A model generated the notes under the pieces. The model searched no databases, had not been told where the DNA came from, and saw only the letters and a program-made list of their open reading frames with translations. Below, piece by piece: positions 1 through 10,990 of a stretch of 56,306 nt of DNA (the first letter of the stretch is position 1; each line of letters starts with the position of its first letter). The DNA lies in IMG/VR virus record IMGVR_UViG_3300027985_000330, positions 1-56,306 of that record. One strand, given 5' to 3'. Position numbers and translations under genes: made by a program. This DNA is from a virus. Lineage: Duplodnaviria > Caudoviricetes.

Positions 1-152
1 ATATCTTCAACGGTCGTAGATGATTTTACCATAAACTCAACAACTCCAACTGATAAATCTATCGGTAATTCTGTTTCTTGATCTATCAGCGTTATATGAT
101 ATTTATAATCATCTCCGCGTCGTATTTCTAAAGGCTTATTTAGTGTTCGCAT
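1..152 (-). CDS. Partial ORF running off the window edge, BppU/baseplate-upper-like N-terminus
   Basis: ATG at 152; MRTLNKPLEIRRGDDYKYHITLIDQETELPIDLS resembles the 'I.RGD....itl.d..g.piDL' start of tail/baseplate proteins. Confidence 0.5.
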   Translation of the reverse strand, partial: MRTLNKPLEIRRGDDYKYHITLIDQETELPIDLSVGVVEFMVKSSTTVED

Positions 153-270
153 GTTCAGTAGTTTTTAAGCATATTGAGTTTTAAGTTTTTTGCAACTTTT
201 GTAAATTTATAGCGGCTCAAAGCCGCAACCAGCGAAAGGAAACAAAACTGGTCAAAATGGTTATTCATAG

Positions 271-3200
271 TTAGTTTAGATCGGGTTGATACCCACTTGG
301 AAACGATGGTGGATCAATAGGTTGAGATTCTGGAACCGGATATACCTTGACTCCGGCTGTTTCGCCATAAACACTTGTATCAATAACGCCTGTGGCTGGA
401 TTGATCTTCACTAACTGCGGAGAGAAGAAATTTCTAAATTTCCAATAACTATCACCGCTTGTCCACCCTCCGACCTGCTGGGCTACCGGATAACCCTCAA
501 TCATCCTATATAGATTTGTTCCGAGTTGATAATATACAGTATTTGCGAAGAACTTGAGAATGCTTAATGGCGGAGAATCTGGATCATTCTTTGCAATTGC
601 TTCCATGCCAGAAATTACGCCACCCGCATCAACCTTTAATCTATATCCAGCTGATGCATATACATTCCCGAATATATCTACCTTAATGAAGCTATCGAAT
701 AAAGCTTGAGATTTAGCGTATGCATCGTCCCCCCATCTTGTCTCAACGGATTGCAATCTTGTGTTTTGTGCTTCAAGCCTATCGCTTATTCCAGATACTG
801 GGGCTGTTATTTTTTGATCAACAATATCAATCGCTTGATTAACAGTAATCGTTGTTGAATAGTTATTTCTAAGTTCAGTTGTTAAAGAATTCAACTGAGT
901 TCCAGTTACTTGTATATTATTATCAATTCTTCCGATTTCTGAGCGATTATAGTTTATAGCTTCAGAATGACCACTCAACGAACCAAATATATTTGTGAAA
1001 TTCGTTGTAATGATTTGATATTGTTCAGCCCTAGCTAATTCTTCATTCGTCAATGCTGTTGATACTTGCAAAACAGCTGCCTCGTTTTCTGCCGCCTTAC
1101 TTGCGATTCCTTCAATTTGAAGTGCTAATAATCCATTTACTGTTTCAACGACTTGTCTGATTTCTGCAAATGTCGCACCATATCCGGCATCATTGAGTTG
1201 TATTGTAGCTATCAAATCATCAACCTCAGCGTTAAGCCTGTCGCTTATTTGATCGGCATAAGCAGTTAATTCATCTGTTCTTTGATTTGCATATTGCTCG
1301 AAATCATCTAATGCCTGAATTTCTTGTCGAACAACATCCGGACTATATAGATATGGAAAATCTGTTGCACCTTGCCCCAATTTACCATACCACGAAGACC
1401 AAAGCCCTTGACCAACATTGACACCCGCTACACGTATATATTGATAACCGCTTGTATATTTGAACTTTATAGAATTGGTGTATGTGATACCAAGTTGCTG
1501 CCAAGATAAACCATCTAATGATTTCTGGACAATAAAGTATTGAGCACCTAAAGAGCTGCTCCATGTCGCTTGTGCTGTTTGCAGCTCACCAACAACCTCT
1601 ATCACGGATATGGCATAAACATATGGTAAATCCGGTATGTAATCAGATGCGTTCCCGCCTGTTCCATTCGTTCCACCCGAAAAAATACCATCCGGCAATC
1701 CAGATTCTGTCGTATCATCTGCATCATATACGGTTTCGTCGTATTCAACCACACGCATCGTTACATTTTCGCCATCGCTTGGAGTAATAGATACGACCTT
1801 GCATATACCCGCAAAATTATCAGTTGGACCCAAAAACCAGTGAGCATTATTAGATTCAGCATCCAGCTTTAAACTGCTAACATCTATCGATCCATTGACT
1901 ACAATTTGATTTGTTTTGCCATTTCCATAGCAATCATAAGGTCCAAGAGGTTCTCCATTCTTTTTTCGCAATCCTACTTGGTAGGATTTTCCGCTTTCAA
2001 ACTCGATGGTTTTATCTGTATAAATAACATTTCCTTCAATTGCCTGAATGGTTCCGGAATAACCTAAAGCGGCTGAATCATGCGATAGATATATCAAGTC
2101 ACCATAATTCGGTATATTGCCTTCAAGTCCAGTTTGAAACGTGAAATTTTTTCTCAACTTGCGCTGTTGTGATCGGATCCGCATCCCCCATCTATACGCA
2201 ATTGTAACATCGCTAACGCCATTGATTTGAATCGTTTGTGGGTGAACCCCTAGATCATCGTCGACTTTACATAGAATAGTTTCTTTCGCGAATGTAACAC
2301 CATCTATATATTCAATTTCAACAGAGTCATATTCGCTTTCATCATAGAGGCTGAATTCCTCTGAAAACGTGCCTTGAATGATGTTTTCTTTGCTGAAGAC
2401 TGCCGTTGGTATCTCAAGCTTCTTGTCGGCCGTCATCGATATAAGCGTTCCATTCATGATTGGAATAGCCATACCAGCGCGAGCTACCGTTGCGGCAGCC
2501 TCCCAAACTGTAGTTGAGTTATCAAACACCCAGTCAAATGTAACACCTATTTCAGAAAAATATCTATCAAGCTCTAATAGCGATGGTAAATCGAGATAAG
2601 TATCGGATAGATTTGCACCATAAACCGATCTGAATATATCGCAATATGCCCAAACAAGTGATCGAGTTGCAACGCCGGTTTGCCATTGAACTCCGTTCCA
2701 TATATCGAGCTTTCGCGTTGCGATCACATTAATCCGATTTGCGCTTGATGAATTAAGGTTATTTGTCGCCCTTGCCGCAACTGCCAACAACGTTACATTA
2801 CCATAGTTTTTAGTTGATGGAAGAAATGCTCTTAATGATTCCCAAAATAGCGAATCTTGTGCAGATATATTTGTATTTGCTTGATTAGTGCGTTTCCCCC
2901 TGACTTCGTATCTACCGACCGGAACATTTGTTCCAATTGTAAATCGCTGCGGATCTACTGTTTTTAATGTTCTCGCAAATGTAAATAGCGTTTGCCAAGA
3001 TCCTATGGGTGTATTTCCGTCATCGATTTCGCGATATTCGAATAATGCATTTACGCTCGCAAAATCTTCCTTATTTTCGCTATTAATTGTATATAGTCCT
3101 TGCGGCAGTATTAAGTCTACCTCTATATAATTCGTTGTTGTTCCGACATCATTTGTTACGACTCCACCAATAAACCCCGTATACTCGCTTTCATTGCTTC

Positions 3201-3891
3201 CAAACAACTCAACATTCGAAATTTCGCTTGATGTAACAACGTTATCCGGAAATAGTGTAACAGATTCTCCAGGTTTATATATTTGATATGTAACATCTGT
3301 AAAATTGGAGATAGGAGTATCTTCAATTTGTATCGATTCGATATTATAGATTCCTTGACCTAAACAAAATAGTGAATATAACCATTGATCATTATCAACA
3401 TATTTATTATAGGGCTTGGCTGCATATGAAGGCCATAGACGATTTCGTCCGTATGGAACCTCGATAACCTGCCCAAGTTTAAACGCATTATTATGCCCAT
3501 TAAGATTATAAACACTCGCGGCTTCCTGGCGGTTTGAGCTACCGATTTCAGGAATCGGCATTGTTAATGCAATTGCTATAGATGCAACCGCTAAAACTGC
3601 CGAAATGATAATCCCCCAAGTTACGGGATCGAATCCAGATGGGTGTTCGATTAATGCGAATTGATCGTTTTTGCGTATCTTGCGTTTTCCCCAATCCGAT
3701 TGTAATATGTATTCTTTCGTTTTTAAATCCTGCATCAACAGACAACATTCTTTATGTCTGTTTTCCATCCCATTTTCTTTTAAAAATCTACGGATTGAAA
3801 TAGGACGTTCAACGACAAATACATTAGTCGATTCGATAACTTCAGAAATGTTCTGGTTGTATATATCGGTTATGTGTGCGATTTTACCCAT
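271..3891 (-). CDS. Tail tip / host-specificity protein (lambda gpJ-like with fused gpI-like N-terminus)
   Basis: 1206 aa; GQVIEVPYGRNRLWP motif, FN3-like region, C-terminal coiled coil; follows NlpC/P60 and DUF1833 genes. Confidence 0.85.
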   Translation of the reverse strand: MGKIAHITDIYNQNISEVIESTNVFVVERPISIRRFLKENGMENRHKECCLLMQDLKTKEYILQSDWGKRKIRKNDQFALIEHPSGFDPVTWGIIISAVLAVASIAIALTMPIPEIGSSNRQEAASVYNLNGHNNAFKLGQVIEVPYGRNRLWPSYAAKPYNKYVDNDQWLYSLFCLGQGIYNIESIQIEDTPISNFTDVTYQIYKPGESVTLFPDNVVTSSEISNVELFGSNESEYTGFIGGVVTNDVGTTTNYIEVDLILPQGLYTINSENKEDFASVNALFEYREIDDGNTPIGSWQTLFTFARTLKTVDPQRFTIGTNVPVGRYEVRGKRTNQANTNISAQDSLFWESLRAFLPSTKNYGNVTLLAVAARATNNLNSSSANRINVIATRKLDIWNGVQWQTGVATRSLVWAYCDIFRSVYGANLSDTYLDLPSLLELDRYFSEIGVTFDWVFDNSTTVWEAAATVARAGMAIPIMNGTLISMTADKKLEIPTAVFSKENIIQGTFSEEFSLYDESEYDSVEIEYIDGVTFAKETILCKVDDDLGVHPQTIQINGVSDVTIAYRWGMRIRSQQRKLRKNFTFQTGLEGNIPNYGDLIYLSHDSAALGYSGTIQAIEGNVIYTDKTIEFESGKSYQVGLRKKNGEPLGPYDCYGNGKTNQIVVNGSIDVSSLKLDAESNNAHWFLGPTDNFAGICKVVSITPSDGENVTMRVVEYDETVYDADDTTESGLPDGIFSGGTNGTGGNASDYIPDLPYVYAISVIEVVGELQTAQATWSSSLGAQYFIVQKSLDGLSWQQLGITYTNSIKFKYTSGYQYIRVAGVNVGQGLWSSWYGKLGQGATDFPYLYSPDVVRQEIQALDDFEQYANQRTDELTAYADQISDRLNAEVDDLIATIQLNDAGYGATFAEIRQVVETVNGLLALQIEGIASKAAENEAAVLQVSTALTNEELARAEQYQIITTNFTNIFGSLSGHSEAINYNRSEIGRIDNNIQVTGTQLNSLTTELRNNYSTTITVNQAIDIVDQKITAPVSGISDRLEAQNTRLQSVETRWGDDAYAKSQALFDSFIKVDIFGNVYASAGYRLKVDAGGVISGMEAIAKNDPDSPPLSILKFFANTVYYQLGTNLYRMIEGYPVAQQVGGWTSGDSYWKFRNFFSPQLVKINPATGVIDTSVYGETAGVKVYPVPESQPIDPPSFPSGYQPDLN

Positions 3892-4297
3892 TATAATGAT
3901 AAAATTTAATCGTTCTAAGTCCTAGATTTCTGAGTTGCTGCATATTATTAGCAACCACATTTCCGAAATCATAAGCATGTAATATAATGCCGCCATCTAT
4001 GTCGAAATAGCATCCAACATGATGAATTGCATTCTTTCTTGACATTGCGACCAAATCGAAATCAACAGGACTATCTGTTTGTATCCACTTTGGATTCTGT
4101 AGTCCCTTTGTCATCGCAAAAGATTTCTCAAAATTAGAATATACATTAACTTCGAGTTCTTGCGGAAATTCGCGTCCGTTGTATGTCTTATTCAGATACC
4201 AATATAATCCCCAGCAATCGAATACATTTGGTCCCCTACCAAGCGGTTCCCACTTGTTTCCTAAATGATTCAATATAATTTGTTTTGTAGGTATCAT
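3884..4297 (-). CDS. NlpC/P60 tail assembly protein (gpK-like)
   Basis: GRGPNVFDCWGL ... HHVGCY ... ILHA catalytic Cys/His pattern. Confidence 0.85.
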   Translation of the reverse strand: MIPTKQIILNHLGNKWEPLGRGPNVFDCWGLYWYLNKTYNGREFPQELEVNVYSNFEKSFAMTKGLQNPKWIQTDSPVDFDLVAMSRKNAIHHVGCYFDIDGGIILHAYDFGNVVANNMQQLRNLGLRTIKFYHYNG

Positions 4298-4791
4298 TAA
4301 TTTCCTAATGATGGAAAACGAAGTCTTGTATATCGTTGATTCGGATATGCTTTATTTCGGATGTTTGCAAACGTTGCTCTAGCCACTACTTCAAATGCCG
4401 TAACTTTTATATCTTTAACCGTCAAAACTAATGGTTGCGATGATGGACTTACTAGATTCGTTGTCAGATATTCCCGCAAAACAATAAATAGCGGTTTCTG
4501 CGATTTCGAAATAGATCGAACGAAGTTCCCAGGTGCTTGATTTACGTTATCAATAGATATGCTTAAGTCTGGGAATCCCTGATCGTCCTTCTTTGGTCGA
4601 GTATATCTAAAAGTTGTAGGTATGAATTCAGCTTGATTTCCGTCCTCTAGTTGCGCTATTATCGAGTCCCGTTGATTTACGATATAATACTGTGATCCGA
4701 TGTCATCATGTCTAAGCTCAAGCGTCTGCAGAATGACTCCATTCTCAAGGCTCGCCATTGCTTCTTTTAATGCTTCGTCGAATTGTGCCAT
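4297..4791 (-). CDS. DUF1833-like minor tail protein
   Basis: LQTLELRH, LSISIDNV, YP..RYT...FPSL motifs; position in tail-tip block. Confidence 0.75.
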   Translation of the reverse strand: MAQFDEALKEAMASLENGVILQTLELRHDDIGSQYYIVNQRDSIIAQLEDGNQAEFIPTTFRYTRPKKDDQGFPDLSISIDNVNQAPGNFVRSISKSQKPLFIVLREYLTTNLVSPSSQPLVLTVKDIKVTAFEVVARATFANIRNKAYPNQRYTRLRFPSLGN

Positions 4792-4792
4792 A

Positions 4793-5188
4793 TTATGATA
4801 ATTCCGAATCTAAATCCGCTTCCGTCATTGGTGTAGGATTGAAGCATTCCAGCGTTGTTGAAACGTCCCAGAAGCCATTATTGAAGGTTGGCTGATAGAT
4901 TCCACCTTGCATCTGAACAATATGCCTTGCGCGTCCGTTCAGACCATCTATAGTTATGTAAAATTGATCAGTTCCATCGTTGATCTTATGCTTATGCCAT
5001 GATGCGAAAATCGCATATTGCTGACGCGTAAATCTCCATGTAAGCGAGAAATTGAAGTGCGTTGAGGTATCACTTCTGCGTTGCCGAATCCTACCGCTCT
5101 CCATCGTTGATCTAACGATATTTGAGATAGGTGTAATCTTATACGAATCCCACAACGGATCTGGTAAAACTGATGGGTATTCTTCCAT
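4793..5188 (-). CDS. Distal tail protein (gpM-like)
   Basis: YPSVLPDP, STMESGRIRQRR, WDVSTTLE; directly after tape measure. Confidence 0.7.
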   Translation of the reverse strand: MEEYPSVLPDPLWDSYKITPISNIVRSTMESGRIRQRRSDTSTHFNFSLTWRFTRQQYAIFASWHKHKINDGTDQFYITIDGLNGRARHIVQMQGGIYQPTFNNGFWDVSTTLECFNPTPMTEADLDSELS

Positions 5189-7692
5189 TATGCGCCTAGT
5201 GGTTGTATGGTTGTTGTTTCACGAAGCGATTTCCAAAAATCACCTGTTTTATTTCTGACATCTCCAGCAAGTGACTTCTTTATTTCGTTAATAAGTAATG
5301 ACCAATTTCCAGATTCGTCTTGTTCTGCTGTAACTTGGACTGGTGCATTGTTTGTGATATAAACATTGCCTCCTGTTTTTCCTCCGGCTTTTGGGTCAAT
5401 AATTTTTTCCGATGGGTGAACTACCGCCCATTTTCCACCCATTCCATCGACTCCACCAACCCGAGGTCCATCCGCAATTTGACCACCGCCCAAGAAAGAT
5501 GCAGCATCCCCCATTCGAACCGATTTAATGCTAGATACGATGTTGGCTGTTTCTGCTATGATTATACCAACAGCGGCCAGCTTTTCATATATCGTTGTTC
5601 CCTGAGCCCATCCGTCGGAAATCGCTTTCGATATATTAACGGTTGCCATCGCAATCGAGAACGCTTTATTTAGCGCAAACATCGCTTTATATGCACTCGA
5701 ATTCTTCGATACGAGTTGATCGGTTAGCGACATCATTGCACTGCTAAAGCTTGCACCAACCCTTAATCTAATATCGGCTGTCCGTTTTTCTTGCTCTTGT
5801 AGAAATGTGAAATAATCCTGCCATTTTGATTTGGCATCTTCTGTATTCGGAACGAGTGGATTCGTCGATGTAGAAGATTCTCCATCTTGTTGATTTTGAG
5901 ATTGGCTTAATGCCTCTAAAACCTTAGCCTGAATCTCAGCTACTTTTTCTCGAATTTTTTCACTTGGCAATGCACTATTTAACATATTTCCAAGTGCTTC
6001 TTTCATCGCTTCAAGTGATTCTGTCCCTTGAAAATTTGCTAACTGATTAGATATAAAATCAAGTCCAGATACATCTCTAGTTCCGCTTGCTATCGATGCA
6101 ATTTCTGAGTTTAGTTTTGATATGGATTCAATAGCTCCAGTTACATCATTTTCAATTCTAGCAATTGGAGAAACTTTTATAATGCTGAACTTATTTGAAA
6201 AATTGATATATGCATTCCATCCATCAATCAAAGCATTAATTCCATCGATTGCTTTCTGAATTCCATATTGTCTAAATTCTATAAATGCAATTTGAGCCCC
6301 TTTTGATCCGATCTTTATCATCTTCCAAAGATCGGAAAAAAACATTTTGGCGCGTTCAATTACTTCTGTTACTTGCAATGTTCTAAACTTAACTTCATCC
6401 GACCATTCAACCCAATTAACTTTGATTGAAAGAATAGTTCTACGCATAATTTCAATTGCATTTGCACCAGCGGAAACAGCGGTCATCAATGATGTCAAAA
6501 TAACATCAGATATAAGTTGTATTTGTTCTTTAAATCCATTTGTTGAATTGTATGCGGCATCAAATTTATCTAATATATTTTCAATAATTGGAGCCAGATT
6601 TTCTCCAATAGAAATAAACGCATCTTTTATTCTATTAATCTGAACTGTAAATCTGGATGATAATGTTTCATAGCGTTTTCTTGCTTCTTCTGTCAATGCA
6701 GTGTTTTCGTTCCACGCTGTATTGCCCATTGCAATCGCTTTTGATAGCACGTTGCTAGCTCCCGACATACGCATCATTACATCCGTCAATCTTGCACCAT
6801 CTAATCCAAGATTCTCAATTATTGAGAAAACATCGCCACCATCTTTTTTTACCCGATTCAGACCGACGAGAAATTGCTGTAATGCGCCGACTGCATCTTT
6901 TTCGAATGCTTGCTTGAAACCAGAGCTTGTTAATCCGGCAATACTTGCAAAAACTTCAAGGCTTTCGTTTCCAGTTTTTGAAGCCTTCGACATTTCAATC
7001 ATCAAGCGACTGACTGCCGTCCCACCCATTTCGGATTCGACACCAACGCTCGACAATGCGGTAGACAGTGCAATTACCTGAGATTCTGTCATTCCCACCG
7101 TTTTAGCGGCACCAGCTAATCGCATAGCCATATCAACGATTTCCGCCTCCGTTGTGGCAAAGTTATTTCCGAGTGCAACAATCGTCGAACCAAGCTTATC
7201 AAAACTATCTTGCGGCATTTGCATAATGTTTGCAAATCTCGCTAATTCTGTAGCGGCTTGTTCGGCTGATAGATTCGTTGAATTACCCAAATCTATCATT
7301 GTTTTCGCAAACGCTGCTATGTTCTCTTTTTGGATTCCCAATTGTCCGGCAGCTTCAGCAACTTGGTTAATCTGATTAACATTAATCGGAATTTGCGTTG
7401 CCATTGCTCGAAATGTTTCTTGCAATTTCGCGTATTCTGATTCAGTAGCTTCAACCGTTTTTCGAACGCCTGCAAATGATGACTCGAATTCAGCAAATTG
7501 TTTTACTCCAATTACAGATACCGCAGCGACGGCGGCAGAAATAGCACCAGCAGCTCGCGTTGCCGTTCGAGTCACGTTATCCATGCTCGATTTCATTCGC
7601 GATTCCATGCGGCTCATGTTCGCCTCAAAGCGAGAAATATCCGCATTCAACCGAACTACCAATGAACCTAAATCTACCGCTCCGAATGACAT
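5188..7692 (-). CDS. Tail tape measure protein (TP901-type core)
   Basis: 834 aa Ala-rich helical; FESSFAGVRKTV, LGNNFATTEAEI, GGTAVSR; C-terminal GPRVGGVDGMGG. Confidence 0.92.
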   Translation of the reverse strand: MSFGAVDLGSLVVRLNADISRFEANMSRMESRMKSSMDNVTRTATRAAGAISAAVAAVSVIGVKQFAEFESSFAGVRKTVEATESEYAKLQETFRAMATQIPINVNQINQVAEAAGQLGIQKENIAAFAKTMIDLGNSTNLSAEQAATELARFANIMQMPQDSFDKLGSTIVALGNNFATTEAEIVDMAMRLAGAAKTVGMTESQVIALSTALSSVGVESEMGGTAVSRLMIEMSKASKTGNESLEVFASIAGLTSSGFKQAFEKDAVGALQQFLVGLNRVKKDGGDVFSIIENLGLDGARLTDVMMRMSGASNVLSKAIAMGNTAWNENTALTEEARKRYETLSSRFTVQINRIKDAFISIGENLAPIIENILDKFDAAYNSTNGFKEQIQLISDVILTSLMTAVSAGANAIEIMRRTILSIKVNWVEWSDEVKFRTLQVTEVIERAKMFFSDLWKMIKIGSKGAQIAFIEFRQYGIQKAIDGINALIDGWNAYINFSNKFSIIKVSPIARIENDVTGAIESISKLNSEIASIASGTRDVSGLDFISNQLANFQGTESLEAMKEALGNMLNSALPSEKIREKVAEIQAKVLEALSQSQNQQDGESSTSTNPLVPNTEDAKSKWQDYFTFLQEQEKRTADIRLRVGASFSSAMMSLTDQLVSKNSSAYKAMFALNKAFSIAMATVNISKAISDGWAQGTTIYEKLAAVGIIIAETANIVSSIKSVRMGDAASFLGGGQIADGPRVGGVDGMGGKWAVVHPSEKIIDPKAGGKTGGNVYITNNAPVQVTAEQDESGNWSLLINEIKKSLAGDVRNKTGDFWKSLRETTTIQPLGA

Positions 7693-8054
7693 TTACTTTT
7701 TACGAATTTGCTTGCCTTCCATCAGCTTTCCAATCACAACAAAATTGACTAATTCCGCTTTTATCTTTTTCTTCCTTGCTTCTTTGTCTTCTTTTGCACT
7801 GGTTACTTTTACTTTTTTCGGGAAAAACGATTCTAACTTAGGATCGCCTTTTATCATTTTCTGTGTCGATATAAAATATAGAATCTGAGCTAGTAACCAT
7901 TCGATTTTACTATGTTCTTTATCTTTTTCCTCAAAATATAATGGCCATTTTTCATATTCTGATTTTGGCATTATAGATTTAACCATACATACCGGCATTC
8001 TCAAATGCGAAGCGATCTCAAACCAAGACCACTCCGCATATGTTAATCTATCAA
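7693..8054 (-). CDS. Tail assembly chaperone, frameshift extension (gpT-like)
   Basis: Frame is open from the A9 run at the end of the upstream gene (IIDRLTYAEWSWFEIASHLRMP...), i.e. the -1 frame. Confidence 0.7.
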
Positions 8055-8411
8055 TTATTTTTTTTTATATTTTCCCAAGCAATTGATTTCTTGACACTTA
8101 TCAAAAAGTGCATCTTGTGCAGTATGAACCCATGAACCGATTAAATCTTGCGGAACGTTTTCGAATCCAGATTCTGTCTTTTTAAAAAGACACATAGAAA
8201 TAAGAAGAGATGAATTTCCGACAGTTGGATTTAGTTTTCTTGGTTTGTATCCAGTTGTTTTATCTTCATTTACATAAAAATCAAACTCCATAAAACCTTT
8301 TTCAACGTCATCCCAACGTTCTGCATCGACTCCGTTTAGTTCCCTGATTTCATAATCAACTCCGTCAATCTGAACGGGTTCGTATTTATAACCAGTTTTT
8401 ACTTTCAGCAT
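8055..8411 (-). CDS. Tail assembly chaperone (gpG-like)
   Basis: Between tail tube and tape measure; ends TAT AAA AAA AAA TAA (slippery run). Confidence 0.75.
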   Translation of the reverse strand: MLKVKTGYKYEPVQIDGVDYEIRELNGVDAERWDDVEKGFMEFDFYVNEDKTTGYKPRKLNPTVGNSSLLISMCLFKKTESGFENVPQDLIGSWVHTAQDALFDKCQEINCLGKYKKK

Positions 8412-8436
8412 TGTGTTTCCTTTTGTTTATTGTTTA

Positions 8437-8856
8437 TTACGCAAAAGCTGGAGCAGTTTCAGTTCCGCTACTCAACATGGTAGGCATAATTTCCATTGTC
8501 AAAGTAGGTCTTCCTTCGCTAGTCAATTCACTGCGAGTCATTGAACTTACAAATGCGTTTACAGCTTCAGTCCCATTATCAGGCATGGTTACAGTAACCA
8601 ATTGACTTGTGTTTTGAAATGCAAGAATCTTTGCAATATCATCAGTCGAATATGCAAATACAGCGGTAGCCGGAGTGACATCAATCAGCGGGCTTGCAGA
8701 TTTAGTCTTGTATTTAGCGTTCGACATTGTAGTCTGTTCAATTGTCGCAACCGTAAATCCCCATGGTGTAAATGAGATGAGATCGCATTCGATTCCAGGC
8801 GAACTATCGCTTGCGAAAGTGATTGATGTATCGTGACCATTAAGTAAGAGTGCCAT
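8437..8856 (-). CDS. Major tail tube protein
   Basis: 139 aa Ser/Thr-rich beta protein with AAGGAA RBS, upstream of chaperones and tape measure. Confidence 0.7.
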   Translation of the reverse strand: MALLLNGHDTSITFASDSSPGIECDLISFTPWGFTVATIEQTTMSNAKYKTKSASPLIDVTPATAVFAYSTDDIAKILAFQNTSQLVTVTMPDNGTEAVNAFVSSMTRSELTSEGRPTLTMEIMPTMLSSGTETAPAFA

Positions 8857-8930
8857 AATTTATTTTCCTTGGTTAACCTTGTTGTTTAAAATAGTGAACA
8901 TATGTTTAATTGCAATTTTTTGAGAACGAT

Positions 8931-10391
8931 TTATTGTGGCCATGTAAACCAATATATAGGCGTTCTTGCCCGTTTTCCTTCGGATTCAGCATTAGCTACA
9001 GTCGCCAATATAAAGCCATATTTTTCTCCAGATTTTGGTTGCCATGGATACTCAAGTGGAGTTCCTTTTAACAAATTCGTGTGATCGAAATTCAGATTCC
9101 CCCAAGCGTGCAAACCATTTTCGCTCCATTTTCCAAACCATTCAAAAAATGCGCATATCCATCTACCATCGCGTTCGACGAGAATGTATTGTCTACCATC
9201 AAGTATTTTCCCATCACCAAAAACATCATATCCTATCCAATCTTCAAGACCATCATAACTGATGTTACAATACCAGCTTTCGTCCCCCCAATAGTTGCCA
9301 CGATGGATATTAAGTCCTGAGATTTCACCGCGTTCTGGATAGCTTGAAATATTAGATAAGCCAAAGCTATTACCGACTACATCTACTTTATCCCACGAAA
9401 AACTAGTATTAATATCCTGAACGGTGCAATACATATCAACACCTTTAAATAGTTCTGGATATTTTAATCCGATAGATATGAGCTCATCTCCATATTCTGG
9501 ATGTTCAAATCCATTAAATACTCCATTTACCGGATATTCTGCAAATTTAAAAAGCTTTCCATGTTCTACGCAAAATTCCATAATATCGCGATTATTATCT
9601 ATCATATCGCAGATATTATCACCACCGGATTGAATTCTTAAACCATCAATATACTGAAAAACGGATTCCAATACAATTGGATTAAAGGATTCATTATGCG
9701 TCCATAGCGTTTGCCCATCTATCATCTCATTTCGTATGACTTTCAGCATATTTATAACGCTATTGATGGATCGTTCTCCAACATCGTCAAATTCGCGCTT
9801 GAATATAATTTCTTTTACCAATGGACTGCCATCTTTATATTTCGTAGTTGCAACTTTCCGCATAATGCGAGTCCAATAATTGGCTAATATCTCATCTGTC
9901 CATACGGATTCATTATTAATATCATCTTTACCATCATTCGCATGATATGCCGCAATCGACATTCCTGCATCGCGAATCATTGTTAAAATTCTTACTGCTT
10001 CGGACTCTTCACCTTTCCCGATATGAACATCTTGCCTTGGTTCTCCATTCCAATAATCTGGCAACGATTCTTCTGACCAATTATTTGAACATAATAAATC
10101 TACAACAAAATGATTACATCCCATATTGCGATGCATGTTAATCATTTCAATTCGTTGCGCATCTGTCCAAACTTTACTCAAGATTGTGCATGTATTTTTC
10201 TTACCATATATAAAGCTTGCTATATCGAGATCAGCTATGGTTTCTATCTCTATCTCAGACTCATCTATGACTGGTTTTATTCGTTGTAACAGCGAATCCA
10301 GCTTGGATTCGATCCGGTCAAGCTGTGTTTGAAATACATCTACAATTGCAGATGCTTCGCTTATGATATCCTCTATCGATTCTTCGCTCAT
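8931..10391 (-). CDS. Hypothetical protein, possible glycoside-hydrolase-like TIM barrel plus Trp-rich C-terminal domain
   Basis: 486 aa; N-terminal coiled coil; alternating beta/alpha pattern with IIFKREFD and FKFAEYP glutamates; fold is inference. Confidence 0.35.
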   Translation of the reverse strand: MSEESIEDIISEASAIVDVFQTQLDRIESKLDSLLQRIKPVIDESEIEIETIADLDIASFIYGKKNTCTILSKVWTDAQRIEMINMHRNMGCNHFVVDLLCSNNWSEESLPDYWNGEPRQDVHIGKGEESEAVRILTMIRDAGMSIAAYHANDGKDDINNESVWTDEILANYWTRIMRKVATTKYKDGSPLVKEIIFKREFDDVGERSINSVINMLKVIRNEMIDGQTLWTHNESFNPIVLESVFQYIDGLRIQSGGDNICDMIDNNRDIMEFCVEHGKLFKFAEYPVNGVFNGFEHPEYGDELISIGLKYPELFKGVDMYCTVQDINTSFSWDKVDVVGNSFGLSNISSYPERGEISGLNIHRGNYWGDESWYCNISYDGLEDWIGYDVFGDGKILDGRQYILVERDGRWICAFFEWFGKWSENGLHAWGNLNFDHTNLLKGTPLEYPWQPKSGEKYGFILATVANAESEGKRARTPIYWFTWPQ

Positions 10392-10402
10392 ATCGCTTCA
10401 CC

Positions 10403-10843
10403 TTATGCGTCGAACATTGTAAGAAATTCCTGTCTCAGCGGTTCCAGTTCAGTTGGCACAGTTGCCGCTTTAAGTGCTTCACTTGCTCCGGCTATATCGC
10501 CTAACTCAAGTGCTCCATTGATTGCCTGCCAGTCCTTCATGAAGGGTCCCCGTATCTCTGCCGGTAATTCCATCCAGCGTTTATACATTCGCGATTTTAG
10601 TGGGGGTTCCGGTATGATTGTAGCGGCAAGTTGCAGATAGGATTGCACAGCGTCCAATGGTTCGAGAATGATTGTTTCACCATCTGATGTGGCTGGTAGT
10701 TCCACTCTGGTAACCGTTACTGGAGACCCGAGTGGGTGGGTTCCGTCGCTCCAGCGAAAGCGGATTTCGGTAGGGGTTGCCTCTACCTCATCGATGTGGG
10801 TGATGCGTGGATTTTCGAAATGTGGATTTAATAGCCGTATCAT
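10403..10843 (-). CDS. Hypothetical protein (possible tail-fibre assembly factor)
   Basis: 146 aa directly downstream of the tail fibre. Confidence 0.4.
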   Translation of the reverse strand: MIRLLNPHFENPRITHIDEVEATPTEIRFRWSDGTHPLGSPVTVTRVELPATSDGETIILEPLDAVQSYLQLAATIIPEPPLKSRMYKRWMELPAEIRGPFMKDWQAINGALELGDIAGASEALKAATVPTELEPLRQEFLTMFDA

Positions 10844-10860
10844 AACGTAATGTTTTCAGG

Positions 10861-10990
10861 TTACTCAACAAAAGCGGATCGCACCCCGACAATGCCGTAG
10901 CGAGCGCTGCGGGTGTAGCCGTTGTAGAGCGCAGCAACCCCAGCAGCGGAGCCGCTGATCCAAGTGCCGCCGCGAAGCGGTAGCCGTTCG
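10861..10990 (-). other. DGR-type variable region (VR) candidate
   Basis: GC-rich end of CLec gene; variable-position codons end in C/T (ACT, ATC, AGC, TAC, AAC, GGC, ACC, ATT, GTC) as expected from AAY-derived codons. Confidence 0.6.
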
